Below, piece by piece: positions 38,040 through 47,608 of a DNA stretch of 64,000 bases. Each line of letters begins with the position of its first letter. Position 1 is the first letter of the stretch. The DNA comes from a virus, in the IMG/VR virus record IMGVR_UViG_3300020596_000014, positions 1 to 64,000 of that record; one strand, written 5' to 3'. Under the pieces are notes generated by a model. It worked only from the letters and a program-made list of their open reading frames with translations, did not search any database and had not been told where the DNA came from. The position numbers and the translations under genes were made by a program.

Positions 38040-38812
38040 CAGTCCCAAGTTTCTGCGACAACGCTCTTCTTCGCCTTTGCCTCAACGGCCCCAACACGAG
38101 TTAACAGCAACTGTCCGTAACGGATCTTCTCGTCCGACCAGCGACGGTCGTCGATGAAGATGCGACGATCCATGATCACGAGCTCAGCCTTGACGCCTTC
38201 CGGTAGATCGCAATTAGCAAGAGCCTCATGTACCTGGATCGCGACGTCGTTGCCCGTGTCCATGTGCCAGTCGTCGAACAAACAGAAGCAGTCCCAAAGG
38301 TCCTTAACTCCCTCCCAGTCACCACGAACTGCGGCAGATGTGTGATCACCGTCAATATAGACAAGGTCGTACTTGTCGGTCATCTTCGGCAGTACGTCAT
38401 GTGACGTGCCGCGCGCGATCTGGATGCGACTAGTCCACTCGGGCGGAAACATCTGTCCGAGCATCTGCATGTGGTTGTCATCGAGATGAGGCTCGATGAC
38501 CATCACCTGACCGTCGTTGCCGAGCTCAGCGAAGGCCTTGGCTGCACACAAGGCTGAGTAACCGCGACCAAAGCCGACCTCAAGATACGACTCCAACTTG
38601 TACTTCTTGATGAGCGAGTAGATCAAAATACCTCGTTCGACGTTCGGCACAAAGAACGCGCCGGCGGTTCTCCATAATTCCGAATTAGGATCGCGCATCT
38701 TTTTAGCAGTTGGCTCAGCAATGTATGAAAAATCACCTAATGAAAGTGTCTCAACTGGCATACCAATCTCGACGAGCTTGTCGTTGATGTTGACGTTCTT
38801 CTCTGGTTTCAT
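38036..38812 (-). CDS. Class I SAM methyltransferase (Methyltransf_24-like)
   Basis: YLEVGFGRGYS, DLVYIDGDH, FDD. Confidence 0.85.
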   Translation of the reverse strand: MKPEKNVNINDKLVEIGMPVETLSLGDFSYIAEPTAKKMRDPNSELWRTAGAFFVPNVERGILIYSLIKKYKLESYLEVGFGRGYSALCAAKAFAELGNDGQVMVIEPHLDDNHMQMLGQMFPPEWTSRIQIARGTSHDVLPKMTDKYDLVYIDGDHTSAAVRGDWEGVKDLWDCFCLFDDWHMDTGNDVAIQVHEALANCDLPEGVKAELVIMDRRIFIDDRRWSDEKIRYGQLLLTRVGAVEAKAKKSVVAETWDW

Positions 38813-38815
38813 GTG

Positions 38816-40807
38816 CTACTCGCGACGATAGAGCGTCTGCAGCTCCGCAGGCGGGCTTACCTGCGACAGTGTCATGTGGGGAGTCGCCTGACCCTTCCAC
38901 TTCGAGTGCCACACATGGCCACCCGTCTTCTCGGCGAGCTCCTTCGCTCGAGACTTGATGTCGACGTCTGATACATCCTTCCATTTTTTGTCGAAGAACA
39001 TGTTCGTCTCGGCAGTGTCGACGTACTCCTTGCCGTTCAGGACGGTCCAATGACGCGTCCAGAAGTCGCGGTAGAGGCGGATCTTGCGCTCGATATCGAG
39101 CCAGCTAGCGTGATACACGGTCGGAACGTTCTGCACGACGCGTGTCAGCCAACCTTCGTAGGCGACGAGAGCTTTTGCATCACCGGCCAGTGCCTGGTTT
39201 CGCGCCTGCTCCATCTCGTTCGTCAGGAAGCCAAGAAACACGATCGGCTCACCGCTAGCGACGTCGACCGGGTCGCAACCATCGGTACCGAGCAAAGCGA
39301 TGTCGCGACCCTCAGAGTCCTTTGAGCGGAGCTGAGTCGGCACGCCGTGGGTGATCCGCGGCGAATTGCGACTCATGCGCCACTTCCACGGCGTGACGTC
39401 GAGACGGATCTTATCGAACCCGCCCCAGTACTCGACAACTGGGAGCGAAAGCATGGGGACACCCTTAGGGAAGTTCTGCACAATCTCACGGATCTTCGAG
39501 CAATCCTCGGCCCGCACAACTTCGTCGACGTCCATCTGCCAGACGAAATCGCCCGTGCATCGTCGTCGAGCCTCAGCCTTTTGCATGCCGTCGAAGAGGG
39601 CAGATCGAGGGTTAGTCCAGTCACGTTCGACAACGTACACCTTTAGTCTCGAGTGCTGATTCATATCGTTGAACGCGGCTTCGTGAGACGAGTACGACGT
39701 TATGTGTCCATCACCATGCTCGACCTGTAATGTTCCGAGCTTTGCGAGCGTGTTGTCGATTGAGCCGGCGTCGACAACGACAACCTCGTCGCAGAACGCG
39801 AGCATGGACGTGATGCATTCCTCGAACGGGTACTCCTGCTTGACACAGTTGTACGTGGTAGCGTACCCTGAGAGGGTGTACGCCCGTCGCATGTGCTTCG
39901 CGACGTCGCGCCAAAAGACGCTTGGCGAGGCTCGCAAGTAATCTTCCATGACTGTGATATCATCGGTGTCGAACCAAGCCTCGCAGGCGTGCTGAACGTT
40001 ATCGTTCAGGATCAACTCGCAACCGAGCAGCTTCGCCTCGATGACCAGACGAGGGCAGGTGTCGCCGCCGACCGGGGTGTACACAAGGCCTTTCGCTGTG
40101 GCCAAAGCTTTGAGCATGACGTCGTACGAGACATCGCCGAGCGAGTCATAGGCGAGCTCGCGCTCGTCAGCGAGTTTCCTCGCAGTCTCTGAGCCTTTGA
40201 TCCAAGACTGAGCATCAAGCACAAGCCAGCGATCTCCCTTAGTCACTTCAGATCGAAGCTTCGCAATCGACTCGAAGAACTCGTCATTGAAGACGCTAGA
40301 GAGCACGCTTTGCGGGTAATCTGCCAAGTAAGGAAATCTCATGAGATACAGATCACGCTGCTTCTCGCTCATCCACCAGATATGTTCTGCAGCGGACATG
40401 AAGCCCGAAACTGCGCTGCCGATCGGGCCTTTGTCACAGTCGCAAGAAACGCCTTCGATTTCGAGATGCTTCTCTACGGATCGGTGCTTACAAAATTTGT
40501 AATCACATTCGACGATCGAGAAGCGACAGTTCGCCGCGATCATCGCGAATAGTCTCGGGTCGAGCGAAGCGTAGTTCCCGAAAACCCAGAACTTTTGGGT
40601 CCCTTGCTTCAGATGCTCGATCGTGAGTTGAGAGGCCAGCACCTTGTGTGTCTTAACAGGTGCGGTGTCGATCAGTGCTTGAAGTGTGAGTTCAGCACCC
40701 CCGATCAACTGTTCGGGGAACGCGTCTGAGACGAAGATCACCTCGGCGTCTTTCGGGACGAGAAGGTTTGAGATCGGCTTTGAGAATAGAGAAACGTCTT
40801 GACGCAT
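38816..40807 (-). CDS. Two-domain glycosyltransferase (GT-B N-terminal, GT2-like C-terminal)
   Basis: GGAEL...KG...DTCPRLVIEAKLLGC, then CDEVVVVDAGSIDNT...WQMDVDE. Confidence 0.85.
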   Translation of the reverse strand: MRQDVSLFSKPISNLLVPKDAEVIFVSDAFPEQLIGGAELTLQALIDTAPVKTHKVLASQLTIEHLKQGTQKFWVFGNYASLDPRLFAMIAANCRFSIVECDYKFCKHRSVEKHLEIEGVSCDCDKGPIGSAVSGFMSAAEHIWWMSEKQRDLYLMRFPYLADYPQSVLSSVFNDEFFESIAKLRSEVTKGDRWLVLDAQSWIKGSETARKLADERELAYDSLGDVSYDVMLKALATAKGLVYTPVGGDTCPRLVIEAKLLGCELILNDNVQHACEAWFDTDDITVMEDYLRASPSVFWRDVAKHMRRAYTLSGYATTYNCVKQEYPFEECITSMLAFCDEVVVVDAGSIDNTLAKLGTLQVEHGDGHITSYSSHEAAFNDMNQHSRLKVYVVERDWTNPRSALFDGMQKAEARRRCTGDFVWQMDVDEVVRAEDCSKIREIVQNFPKGVPMLSLPVVEYWGGFDKIRLDVTPWKWRMSRNSPRITHGVPTQLRSKDSEGRDIALLGTDGCDPVDVASGEPIVFLGFLTNEMEQARNQALAGDAKALVAYEGWLTRVVQNVPTVYHASWLDIERKIRLYRDFWTRHWTVLNGKEYVDTAETNMFFDKKWKDVSDVDIKSRAKELAEKTGGHVWHSKWKGQATPHMTLSQVSPPAELQTLYRRE

Positions 40808-41142
40808 CGATCTGTCACTCTAGCTGCTGATCGGCTCTGTAGCAGCCGGAATCCTTCGGATTCGTGTGGCTACGCCCACTCGACTCTTATTTGTTAAGAG
40901 ATCGAAAACTCTTAAACAATTGTGCTTCTTCTTTATTACAATCAAGGTTGGTTGGGGCGGGGATGGAGGTTGAGATTAAGATCCTTTGTGATTGCTCGAG
41001 ATGCCTAGCGCGCCTATCATTCGGGGTCGTGAGTCGTTTACTCGAAATCCAAACTCTTGTTGAAATTCTTCGTGAACGCGTCATTTGAGAGAGTGACCGA
41101 GTATCTCAACCGTCGATGAAGTCTTGTTCGCTACTTACCCAC

Positions 41143-41610
41143 ATGCCTCGACGCTCTTTAAATGACGAGAGTCTTGAGCTTCTTATCTCAGAGATCCATT
41201 CCAAGCTCGACGGTGTTGTCTTCAACGGTGGGTTCGAGACCCTTGTCTCGAACGTTCAGAACATCCAAAAGACGCAACAGGAGATGTTAATCAAAATGGA
41301 GGATGTTCACAAGGTCATCTACGAGCCGGACGACGGTCTCTTTGCCCGTGTCAAGAAAGTCGAGACGATTCACAATCGCGAGCTCGAGCCGCTTCGTCGC
41401 GAGCTTGCTGATATCAGCGAGTGGAAGGACATCTTGACCGCGAAGGAGGGCCCGTTGGCTCAGGCCGTGAAGGACCACGACAGCGTCGACGAGCTCAACG
41501 CTTGGAAAAAGCGCATCATCGCGCTTGTCATCACTGCCGCCGGCAGCACGTTCTTGATGGCTGTGAAGACGTTATACGACGTTCTGAAAGACCATGTTTC
41601 ACTGCGCTAA
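41143..41610 (+). CDS. Coiled-coil protein with C-terminal transmembrane helix
   Basis: TACTTA 5 nt before ATG 41143; hydrophobic IIALVITAAGSTFLMAV. Confidence 0.65.
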   Translation: MPRRSLNDESLELLISEIHSKLDGVVFNGGFETLVSNVQNIQKTQQEMLIKMEDVHKVIYEPDDGLFARVKKVETIHNRELEPLRRELADISEWKDILTAKEGPLAQAVKDHDSVDELNAWKKRIIALVITAAGSTFLMAVKTLYDVLKDHVSLR

Positions 41611-41619
41611 CATCGTGAC

Positions 41620-42825
41620 GTGAAACTGGGAAAGACGTCAGTCGTCAAAGCGATATCGGCCGCGAAGACCCACCTACGAGGCAATCTCGCCGCCCTCGGT
41701 CGTGAATCCCTCGATCGTATCGCTGTTGTGGGTCCGCTTGGGTTACTACTGAACACGCGAGCACCTGTTGACCTCGACACAGACGCAGTCCATCCGTTCT
41801 TGATAACGTTGGAGCACGCGCGTGCCAGTGAAACTCTAGGGCCTGGCTCGATGCGCGCCGTCATCGCTTACGCTGACAGGATCCTTCGAGGCGGCCCTCA
41901 GACGCCGCATTCGCTGTCCGGGCGGGCGTTCACCCGTTCTGATGTCTCGCGCATCGCCCGGGGCATCCTGGAAGAAGACGACATTGAGGCCATGACCGCA
42001 TTCGTGGCCGAGGCCGGCGCTAGCCGCTACGTTGTTGAGCGCACTCCATCACGAGTTGATAATGTCGAATTTGTCGACAGCTACGAGTTCAAGCACGGTT
42101 CCATGCCTATCGACGGCACCGTCTCAATGGACGGGGCTCGCGTGCTCGTCGCCGACGGATATGTTGAGACGGTTGCTGAGATCCACGGCATCCTCGACCG
42201 ATGCGGTCGCGACAGGGAGAGGCTACTCATCTGTGGTCGAGGCTTCTCGGATGAGGTGATGTACACGCTAGCAGTTAATCGTCAGCGCGGCACGCTGGTT
42301 GCTTACGCTTTGACGTTCCCGTTCGATGACGTGGACGCCAACGCTTTGGTCGATATCGCCACAATCGTTGGCGGCGACGTGCTCTCATCACTCAAGGGAC
42401 AGCTCTTCACTAATGTAATGGTTTCAACGCTACCTCGCGTACCGTATGCTCGCTTGAGAGGCAACACGCTCGACTTTCGCGGCGAGGGCACAAGGGATCG
42501 CGTGGCGCTCGTGATGTTAGGCGTTCAGAGTAAGGCTGCTGAGGCCGAGGAACCCGCGCGCTCCATCTTAGATAAACGTGTGCGTCGGCTCGCTGGCGCG
42601 TGCATGATCATCCGCTTAGGTGACAGCATCGGTCACCTCGCTCGAATAGAGGCTTGGGACTTAATGATGCGCAGCCTTCGTCAGTCTACGTGCGGTGTGA
42701 TTGACGTGACAGACAATGAAGCTTGGCCCGATCGAGACGTCGTTCCACTTTCGTCGATGGCAACGGCACATGACATGGCGCGCAAGCTTGTCTCAGCACT
42801 AGAGTCGCTGGACTCCTACGTGTGA
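41620..42825 (+). CDS. Divergent chaperonin (GroEL/Cpn60-like)
   Basis: Apical-domain-like VLVADGYVETVAEI..IL...LLICGRGFSDEV..TLAVNRQRG...LVDIATIVGG...KRVRRLAG; no GDGTT motif. Confidence 0.7.
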   Translation: MKLGKTSVVKAISAAKTHLRGNLAALGRESLDRIAVVGPLGLLLNTRAPVDLDTDAVHPFLITLEHARASETLGPGSMRAVIAYADRILRGGPQTPHSLSGRAFTRSDVSRIARGILEEDDIEAMTAFVAEAGASRYVVERTPSRVDNVEFVDSYEFKHGSMPIDGTVSMDGARVLVADGYVETVAEIHGILDRCGRDRERLLICGRGFSDEVMYTLAVNRQRGTLVAYALTFPFDDVDANALVDIATIVGGDVLSSLKGQLFTNVMVSTLPRVPYARLRGNTLDFRGEGTRDRVALVMLGVQSKAAEAEEPARSILDKRVRRLAGACMIIRLGDSIGHLARIEAWDLMMRSLRQSTCGVIDVTDNEAWPDRDVVPLSSMATAHDMARKLVSALESLDSYV

Positions 42826-43836
42826 TTACTTGACAGGAGCGGCCGCCGGCGCCGCCGGAGCACCAGCTGCGAGTTTCGGCGAGGGCTTCGCGGGGACTGG
42901 GATGTCATTGAGACCATTTGCTTTTGCGAGTGCCTGAATGATCTTCGTCGCAGTCTCCTTGTCAACGCCGGATTGACTAGCAAGGAAGTACGCGATGTCG
43001 TTGATCTTCTGAGCGTCAGCCGCGGGGTCAAGCTTCTTGTTGGCGGCCGCCGCCGCTGCAGGCGCTGCCACCTTGGAAGCCGTCGGCGGAATCGCTGCTT
43101 TCGCGCCTTGAGTCGGCGCTGCTGCCGTAGTTCCAGCCGTCGGAGTGGGTGCTGCTTGGCCGGCGGTGGCGGGCGCTGCTGCTTGCCCTGCTGCAGGCGT
43201 TGCCGCGGCCGGATCGGCTTGAGCTGCCGCAGGGTCAGCAGGCTCGGGTGCTGCAACCTGAATAGTGGCTGCTTGCTGTCCAAGCTTGTACGCGCCGTTC
43301 GGCGCGACGTTCTGCATGAGCTCCTGAATGGCAGCCTTGAGGTTCGAGATGTAAGGCATGTTGTTGTTAGTGAACAACCCCTTGATGTCTCCGCCGAGCG
43401 TTCCAGAACCGAGTGCCGGCGCGAAAGCCTTCTGCATAGTAGCAAGGAACTCTTCTTGAGTCTCTTGCGGAACGAGTTCAAGACACGACTTCTGTCCTTC
43501 GTTCTCCATCCCCTTGGGAAGGTTCAACTTGAGAATGCCAGGCAGCGCGACGAATCCGGCTTTCACTGCTCCAAGCATCGCGTCGGTCTTCACTAGCGGA
43601 TTGACAAGAACGTTCTTGAGACCCTGAAGTACACCACCTCTTGCATACTTCTGCAAATCAGCCTTGGCAGCCTTTAAAGCAGCCTGAAACATGGCCGCCC
43701 CATCAGGTAAAAGCCCTGTCAGCTTGTCTACCGTTGCCGCTGCTGCGTTGACCTTCGTCATGTCGATAGCCTCAGTCACTACGCGCCGCTCGCGTTGCTC
43801 GTAAACGTTCTTGAGGGTGCGATCTTTGAGTCTCAT
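42826..43836 (-). CDS. Putative head-associated protein with Ala/Pro/Thr-rich linker
   Basis: TAGTTA 6 nt upstream; leader ending VVTEA; long PAAA/AGQAAAP repeats. Confidence 0.7.
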   Translation of the reverse strand: MRLKDRTLKNVYEQRERRVVTEAIDMTKVNAAAATVDKLTGLLPDGAAMFQAALKAAKADLQKYARGGVLQGLKNVLVNPLVKTDAMLGAVKAGFVALPGILKLNLPKGMENEGQKSCLELVPQETQEEFLATMQKAFAPALGSGTLGGDIKGLFTNNNMPYISNLKAAIQELMQNVAPNGAYKLGQQAATIQVAAPEPADPAAAQADPAAATPAAGQAAAPATAGQAAPTPTAGTTAAAPTQGAKAAIPPTASKVAAPAAAAAANKKLDPAADAQKINDIAYFLASQSGVDKETATKIIQALAKANGLNDIPVPAKPSPKLAAGAPAAPAAAPVK

Positions 43837-43876
43837 TGACAGTAACTAGACGTTTGGTGACTTACTATACATCATC

Positions 43877-44140
43877 ATGCAGAAGCAACGAAACGCAGTG
43901 GAGAAGTCTTATCTTGGGCTCTCGGACAGCATTAAGACGATCGTCACCCAGCGCCTTTATGGCGCCTTGGGTGAGATCAAGGTCGAACGGCAGCAGGCGC
44001 ACAAGATCCTCGCTGTCGTCATTGCCGCGATCGACGAGACGTACGGGCGCTCGTCGAAACATTTCGACAAGTCCATTGATGCGCTCGTGTCGGCTGTCAA
44101 GGAGGACAGCCGGCTCAAGAGCACCAAAAGTGCGGAGTGA
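43877..44140 (+). CDS. Hypothetical protein
   Basis: 87 aa; TACTAT upstream. Confidence 0.6.
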   Translation: MQKQRNAVEKSYLGLSDSIKTIVTQRLYGALGEIKVERQQAHKILAVVIAAIDETYGRSSKHFDKSIDALVSAVKEDSRLKSTKSAE

Positions 44141-44155
44141 AGGCTGGTTGACCCG

Positions 44156-44629
44156 ATGGCGAAACAGGGTGTCAAGCATCTTGTTGCGTGCAGCTGTGTA
44201 CTGCCGCAGCTCAGCAAGCTAAAGAAACCTCCTTCACACGAGTTTGTCGTGTTCTCAACCTTCGATGATGAAGCCAAGACATTTGAGTCGACTTTCGTTC
44301 AGTGCGACAACTGTGGTGTGGTTCACAAGATCACTGACGTTTGCGCCTCTTCTATTCTTCACGGTCGCGACGAGCTCAAGACTATCGTCACTCTCGATGA
44401 TGTCAAACCGTCAGTGCCGTCGAAGCTCGCTGACGTGCTGGAGCAGCACAAGGTCGATCTCCCAACGTGGCAGCAGGTCGCTTGGATAATCGAAGAAAAC
44501 CGATGGGGCACGCCGGTTATCCTGACTTCGGAGTACGTTGACGGCGCTCGGCAAGGAAAAACAATGATCATCTTGGGAGAAACGCTCTATAAGATTAGCA
44601 ACTTCATGAACGAAACGGTGGCAGGATGA
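44156..44629 (+). CDS. Zinc-binding phage hypothetical protein
   Basis: HLV.CSC and QCDNCG..H. Confidence 0.7.
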   Translation: MAKQGVKHLVACSCVLPQLSKLKKPPSHEFVVFSTFDDEAKTFESTFVQCDNCGVVHKITDVCASSILHGRDELKTIVTLDDVKPSVPSKLADVLEQHKVDLPTWQQVAWIIEENRWGTPVILTSEYVDGARQGKTMIILGETLYKISNFMNETVAG

Positions 44630-44877
44630 ACGAGAACTACGCGAACGTGAGCATTGGCGAGTCAGACGCTGACAAGAAGACAAAAGACATCCAACTCTGT
44701 CGCGATGTAATCTTGGAGATCATGAATCTTAACCCGTCTCAGAATCAGATCCTCATGATGATCCAGCTCCTTGGTTGCGAACTCGTCCATCACGAACAGA
44801 TGGTCGAAGTGGTCACGATGACTAAAGAGTTTATGAAGGGTCAGAACATGCTTCTCGTCCCTGACGAAGAGTCGTGA
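44626..44877 (+). CDS. Hypothetical protein
   Basis: 83 aa, ATGA overlap. Confidence 0.6.
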   Translation: MNENYANVSIGESDADKKTKDIQLCRDVILEIMNLNPSQNQILMMIQLLGCELVHHEQMVEVVTMTKEFMKGQNMLLVPDEES

Positions 44878-44895
44878 GCGTACCAGCTTGTCAAC

Positions 44896-45486
44896 ATGGG
44901 ACGATCAACAGTTCTCAACGGCAACGCCACGCTCGGCTCGGGCGACGAATCGACAGCTTTTCAACTAGCAGAACGCATCGTCTATCTGGCAGGTGAAGTG
45001 AGCGAGCAATCGATCGCTCATGTGACAGCAACGATCATCGCACTAGCGAACATCGACAAGTCCACGCCTATCAAGCTCATAATCAGTACGTACGGAGGCT
45101 CTGTCGACGAGATGTTCAGTCTCTACGACGTCATAAAGTACGTTCCGTGCCCGGTTCACACCATTGCTATCGGCAAGGTGATGTCGGCCGGTGTGCTGCT
45201 CGTTGCCTCAGGTTCGCGTGGGAATAGGCTTATCGGTCGCTCCACACGTTTGATGATCCACCCGATCTCAGCAGGTCAAGAAGGCACAGTCTTCCAGATG
45301 AAGAACGAGCTAGCCGAGACGACGCGCATGCAGGCTCTGATGGAAGAATTGCTGGTTGCAAACACCAAGATGACCAAGACGCAGGTCGCAACCCTCATGA
45401 AAAAAGGTCACGACTCGTATCTTACTGCAAAAGAAGCAGTCAAACTAGGCATCGTTGATGCTATCTTTGAAGCACGGGAGAAATGA
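44896..45486 (+). CDS. clpP: Clp protease proteolytic subunit
   Basis: RIVYL.GEV, ISTYGGSV, G.VMSAG (Ser), MIHP (His), DSYL.A.EA..LGIVD (Asp). Confidence 0.92.
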   Translation: MGRSTVLNGNATLGSGDESTAFQLAERIVYLAGEVSEQSIAHVTATIIALANIDKSTPIKLIISTYGGSVDEMFSLYDVIKYVPCPVHTIAIGKVMSAGVLLVASGSRGNRLIGRSTRLMIHPISAGQEGTVFQMKNELAETTRMQALMEELLVANTKMTKTQVATLMKKGHDSYLTAKEAVKLGIVDAIFEAREK

Positions 45487-45722
45487 CAATGGAAGACACT
45501 CTGAAGGAAAAGGTCGACGCGCTCAAGACGCTTCTCGACTCGATGGATGAAGATATCACGAAGAGCGACGAAGGCACCATCGCTGCCGGCGGACGTGTTC
45601 GCAAGGATCTGCAGGAGCTCAAGCGGCTCGCCCAAGTGGCGCGCGTCTTTTGTCTCAAGCGTGATCACGAACGTAAGACCGTCGCGAAGGTGAAGCGAAC
45701 ACCCACGCAAGTGGGTAGTTAA
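45483..45722 (+). CDS. Histone H1-like Hc1-family small protein
   Basis: D..K...G..AAG.RVRK.LQELK..A...R pattern. Confidence 0.7.
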   Translation: MTMEDTLKEKVDALKTLLDSMDEDITKSDEGTIAAGGRVRKDLQELKRLAQVARVFCLKRDHERKTVAKVKRTPTQVGS

Positions 45723-45729
45723 CTGCAAC

Positions 45730-46086
45730 ATGCCTTCTTCTAAAGCCATCCTCCGTGACATCGCCGATTTTAAGCTCGATCCCAAAGTGGCACACACCAA
45801 GGCTGGAGCAGATGGTCGCGTCCATGGTAAGGAAGCGCCTCTTCCCAAGAAGGAAGCTCTCAAGGTGAAGGCAAAAGAAGATGTTGTGTTGGAAACGAAG
45901 ACGCCGGCGGAGGAAAAGAAGTCTAAGCAAACCCCGCCGGCGCCTATCCAGTCTACATCCAAGAACAACAAGAAGGCAGTCAACGCGAATGACAGTGTCG
46001 AGAGCAGTGCCCCCGCGGGCAAGCAAGAAGCAGTCGAAGTCTCGGAACCTGCAACGGTCACCGACATCGACCCCGTCGTCGTCTAA
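45730..46086 (+). CDS. Lys/Glu-rich low-complexity protein
   Basis: 118 aa; overlaps the 5' end of phoH. Confidence 0.55.
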   Translation: MPSSKAILRDIADFKLDPKVAHTKAGADGRVHGKEAPLPKKEALKVKAKEDVVLETKTPAEEKKSKQTPPAPIQSTSKNNKKAVNANDSVESSAPAGKQEAVEVSEPATVTDIDPVVV

Positions 46087-47413
46087 GACTTTTGTTCTCG
46101 ATACAAACGTATTGCTTAGCGACGTTGACGCGATCGACTCGTTTGGTGATAACGATGTAGTCATCCCGCTGGCTGTTTTGGAGGAGCTCGACTCCAACAA
46201 GAAGCGTATGGACGAAGTCGGACGCAACGCGCGTATGGCGTGTCGTAAGCTCGACTCGCTCCGCGAGGTTGGGAGTCTACACGATTGGGTACCGCTAGCC
46301 AACGGTGGTCGCATCTGCGTGCGCTCCAACAAGGCGAGCGCAAAGGATGTTCTGCCGTCTGAGCTACTGCATGACAAGAACGATAACTTGATCATCGCTT
46401 GTGCTCTCCAACTAAAGGACAAGCGCGCGATCGTCGTGTCGAAAGACATCAACGTCCGTGTGAAGTGCGATGCTCTTGGAGTGCTTGCGCAAGACTATCT
46501 GAAGCAGCGCGCGGCCGACCAGGCTGAAGACCTGTACACCGGTGTGCTCGTAACTCAGCTAGAAGATGATCTCGTCGCCGCCGTGTGGGCCACTCGTCAG
46601 CTTGAGTTGGGCGACATTCCACACGATACACACCCTAACCAGATCATCGTCATCCCACGAAGTGACGACAGCGGTTCGACAACCATCCTCCGACATGTCA
46701 AGGATCGCTATCGTGTCGTCAAGGAACATCGCGACGTGTTTGGGCTTGAACCTCGCAACAAGGAGCAGAATTTCGCTCTTGACTTGCTTCTCGACCCTAA
46801 CGTGAAGCTTGTCACTTTGGTTGGCGCCGCGGGCTGCGGTAAGACTCTCATTTCGCTTGCCGCCGGTCTCGCCCAGACACTTGGTGTTCAACCTTTGTAC
46901 GACAAACTGGTCGTTACTCGACCCATCGAGCCGCTCGGCCGTGACATCGGGTTTCTGCCCGGCACGTTTGAGGAGAAGATGGCTCCTTGGATTGCTCCTA
47001 TCAGGGATAATCTCGGTTTCTTGCTCTCACACAAGAGCAAGAACGGCAAAAAATCATCTAAGGACCTCGACGGCGACCCGTACATCAATCTCTTATTCGA
47101 GCAGAAGAAGATCGAGATCGAGGCGGTCGCGTACATTCGCGGTCGCTCCATCCCTAACTCTTTCATCATCATTGATGAAGCACAGAACTTGACAGTTCAT
47201 CAACTGAAGACGATTATCACGCGATCAGGCGAAAACACGAAAATCGTGCTCTGTGGTGACATTCATCAGATCGACGCAAGTCACATGGACGCGGTTTCGA
47301 ACGGGCTCTCGTATGTTGTCGAAGCGTTCAAGAACGAAGATATGGCAGGACACGTCACGTTGATTAAAGGTGAAAGATCATCTCTTGCAACGCGTGCTGC
47401 TGAACTTTTATAA
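45989..47413 (+). CDS. phoH: PIN-domain PhoH-family ATPase (PhoH2/YlaK type)
   Basis: FVLDTNVLL PIN domain; GAAGCGKT, GFLPG, RGRS, IIDEAQN, GD..QID, ERS.LA. Confidence 0.93.
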   Translation: MTVSRAVPPRASKKQSKSRNLQRSPTSTPSSSKTFVLDTNVLLSDVDAIDSFGDNDVVIPLAVLEELDSNKKRMDEVGRNARMACRKLDSLREVGSLHDWVPLANGGRICVRSNKASAKDVLPSELLHDKNDNLIIACALQLKDKRAIVVSKDINVRVKCDALGVLAQDYLKQRAADQAEDLYTGVLVTQLEDDLVAAVWATRQLELGDIPHDTHPNQIIVIPRSDDSGSTTILRHVKDRYRVVKEHRDVFGLEPRNKEQNFALDLLLDPNVKLVTLVGAAGCGKTLISLAAGLAQTLGVQPLYDKLVVTRPIEPLGRDIGFLPGTFEEKMAPWIAPIRDNLGFLLSHKSKNGKKSSKDLDGDPYINLLFEQKKIEIEAVAYIRGRSIPNSFIIIDEAQNLTVHQLKTIITRSGENTKIVLCGDIHQIDASHMDAVSNGLSYVVEAFKNEDMAGHVTLIKGERSSLATRAAELL

Positions 47414-47468
47414 TAAAGTTCAATGTTAGCGTAGATTACACGACCAAATCGCTTTGACCAAATCTTCT

Positions 47469-47597
47469 ATGAGAGACAAAACTCATTCACTCAAAGTCAA
47501 GGAAAAGATGCAACAGGCTCGATTATGGAAGACGTCGTGGAACAAGCGCGGTGACATTGCTCTTCTGGAGCCTGAATCCGACAGCCTTGTTACCTAG
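47469..47597 (+). pseudogene. Isolated NUMOD3-like homing-endonuclease fragment
   Basis: MRDKTHSLKVKEKMQQARLWKTSWNK resembles NUMOD3 (GKKHS.E.K.KMS.A..G...WNKG); compare MRGRKHTAASKALMRMAKL in the 61880 gene. Confidence 0.55.
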
Positions 47598-47608
47598 AGT
47601 CATCTCCA

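Noticed and set aside
14784-40807. Bacterial O-antigen/capsule locus rather than phage DNA
   Set aside because: No transport or polymerase genes recognised; the cluster is interleaved with phage-type small genes, endonucleases and the same promoter motifs as the virion genes. Chimerism is unlikely but untested.
42973-43596. Long alternative-frame Arg/Cys-rich ORFs (also 42816-43481)
   Set aside because: Shadows of the GC-rich Ala/Pro low-complexity coding sequence at 42826-43836.
47442-47464. GACCAAATC direct repeat
   Set aside because: Only two 9-nt copies; too short to call a target-site duplication or operator.
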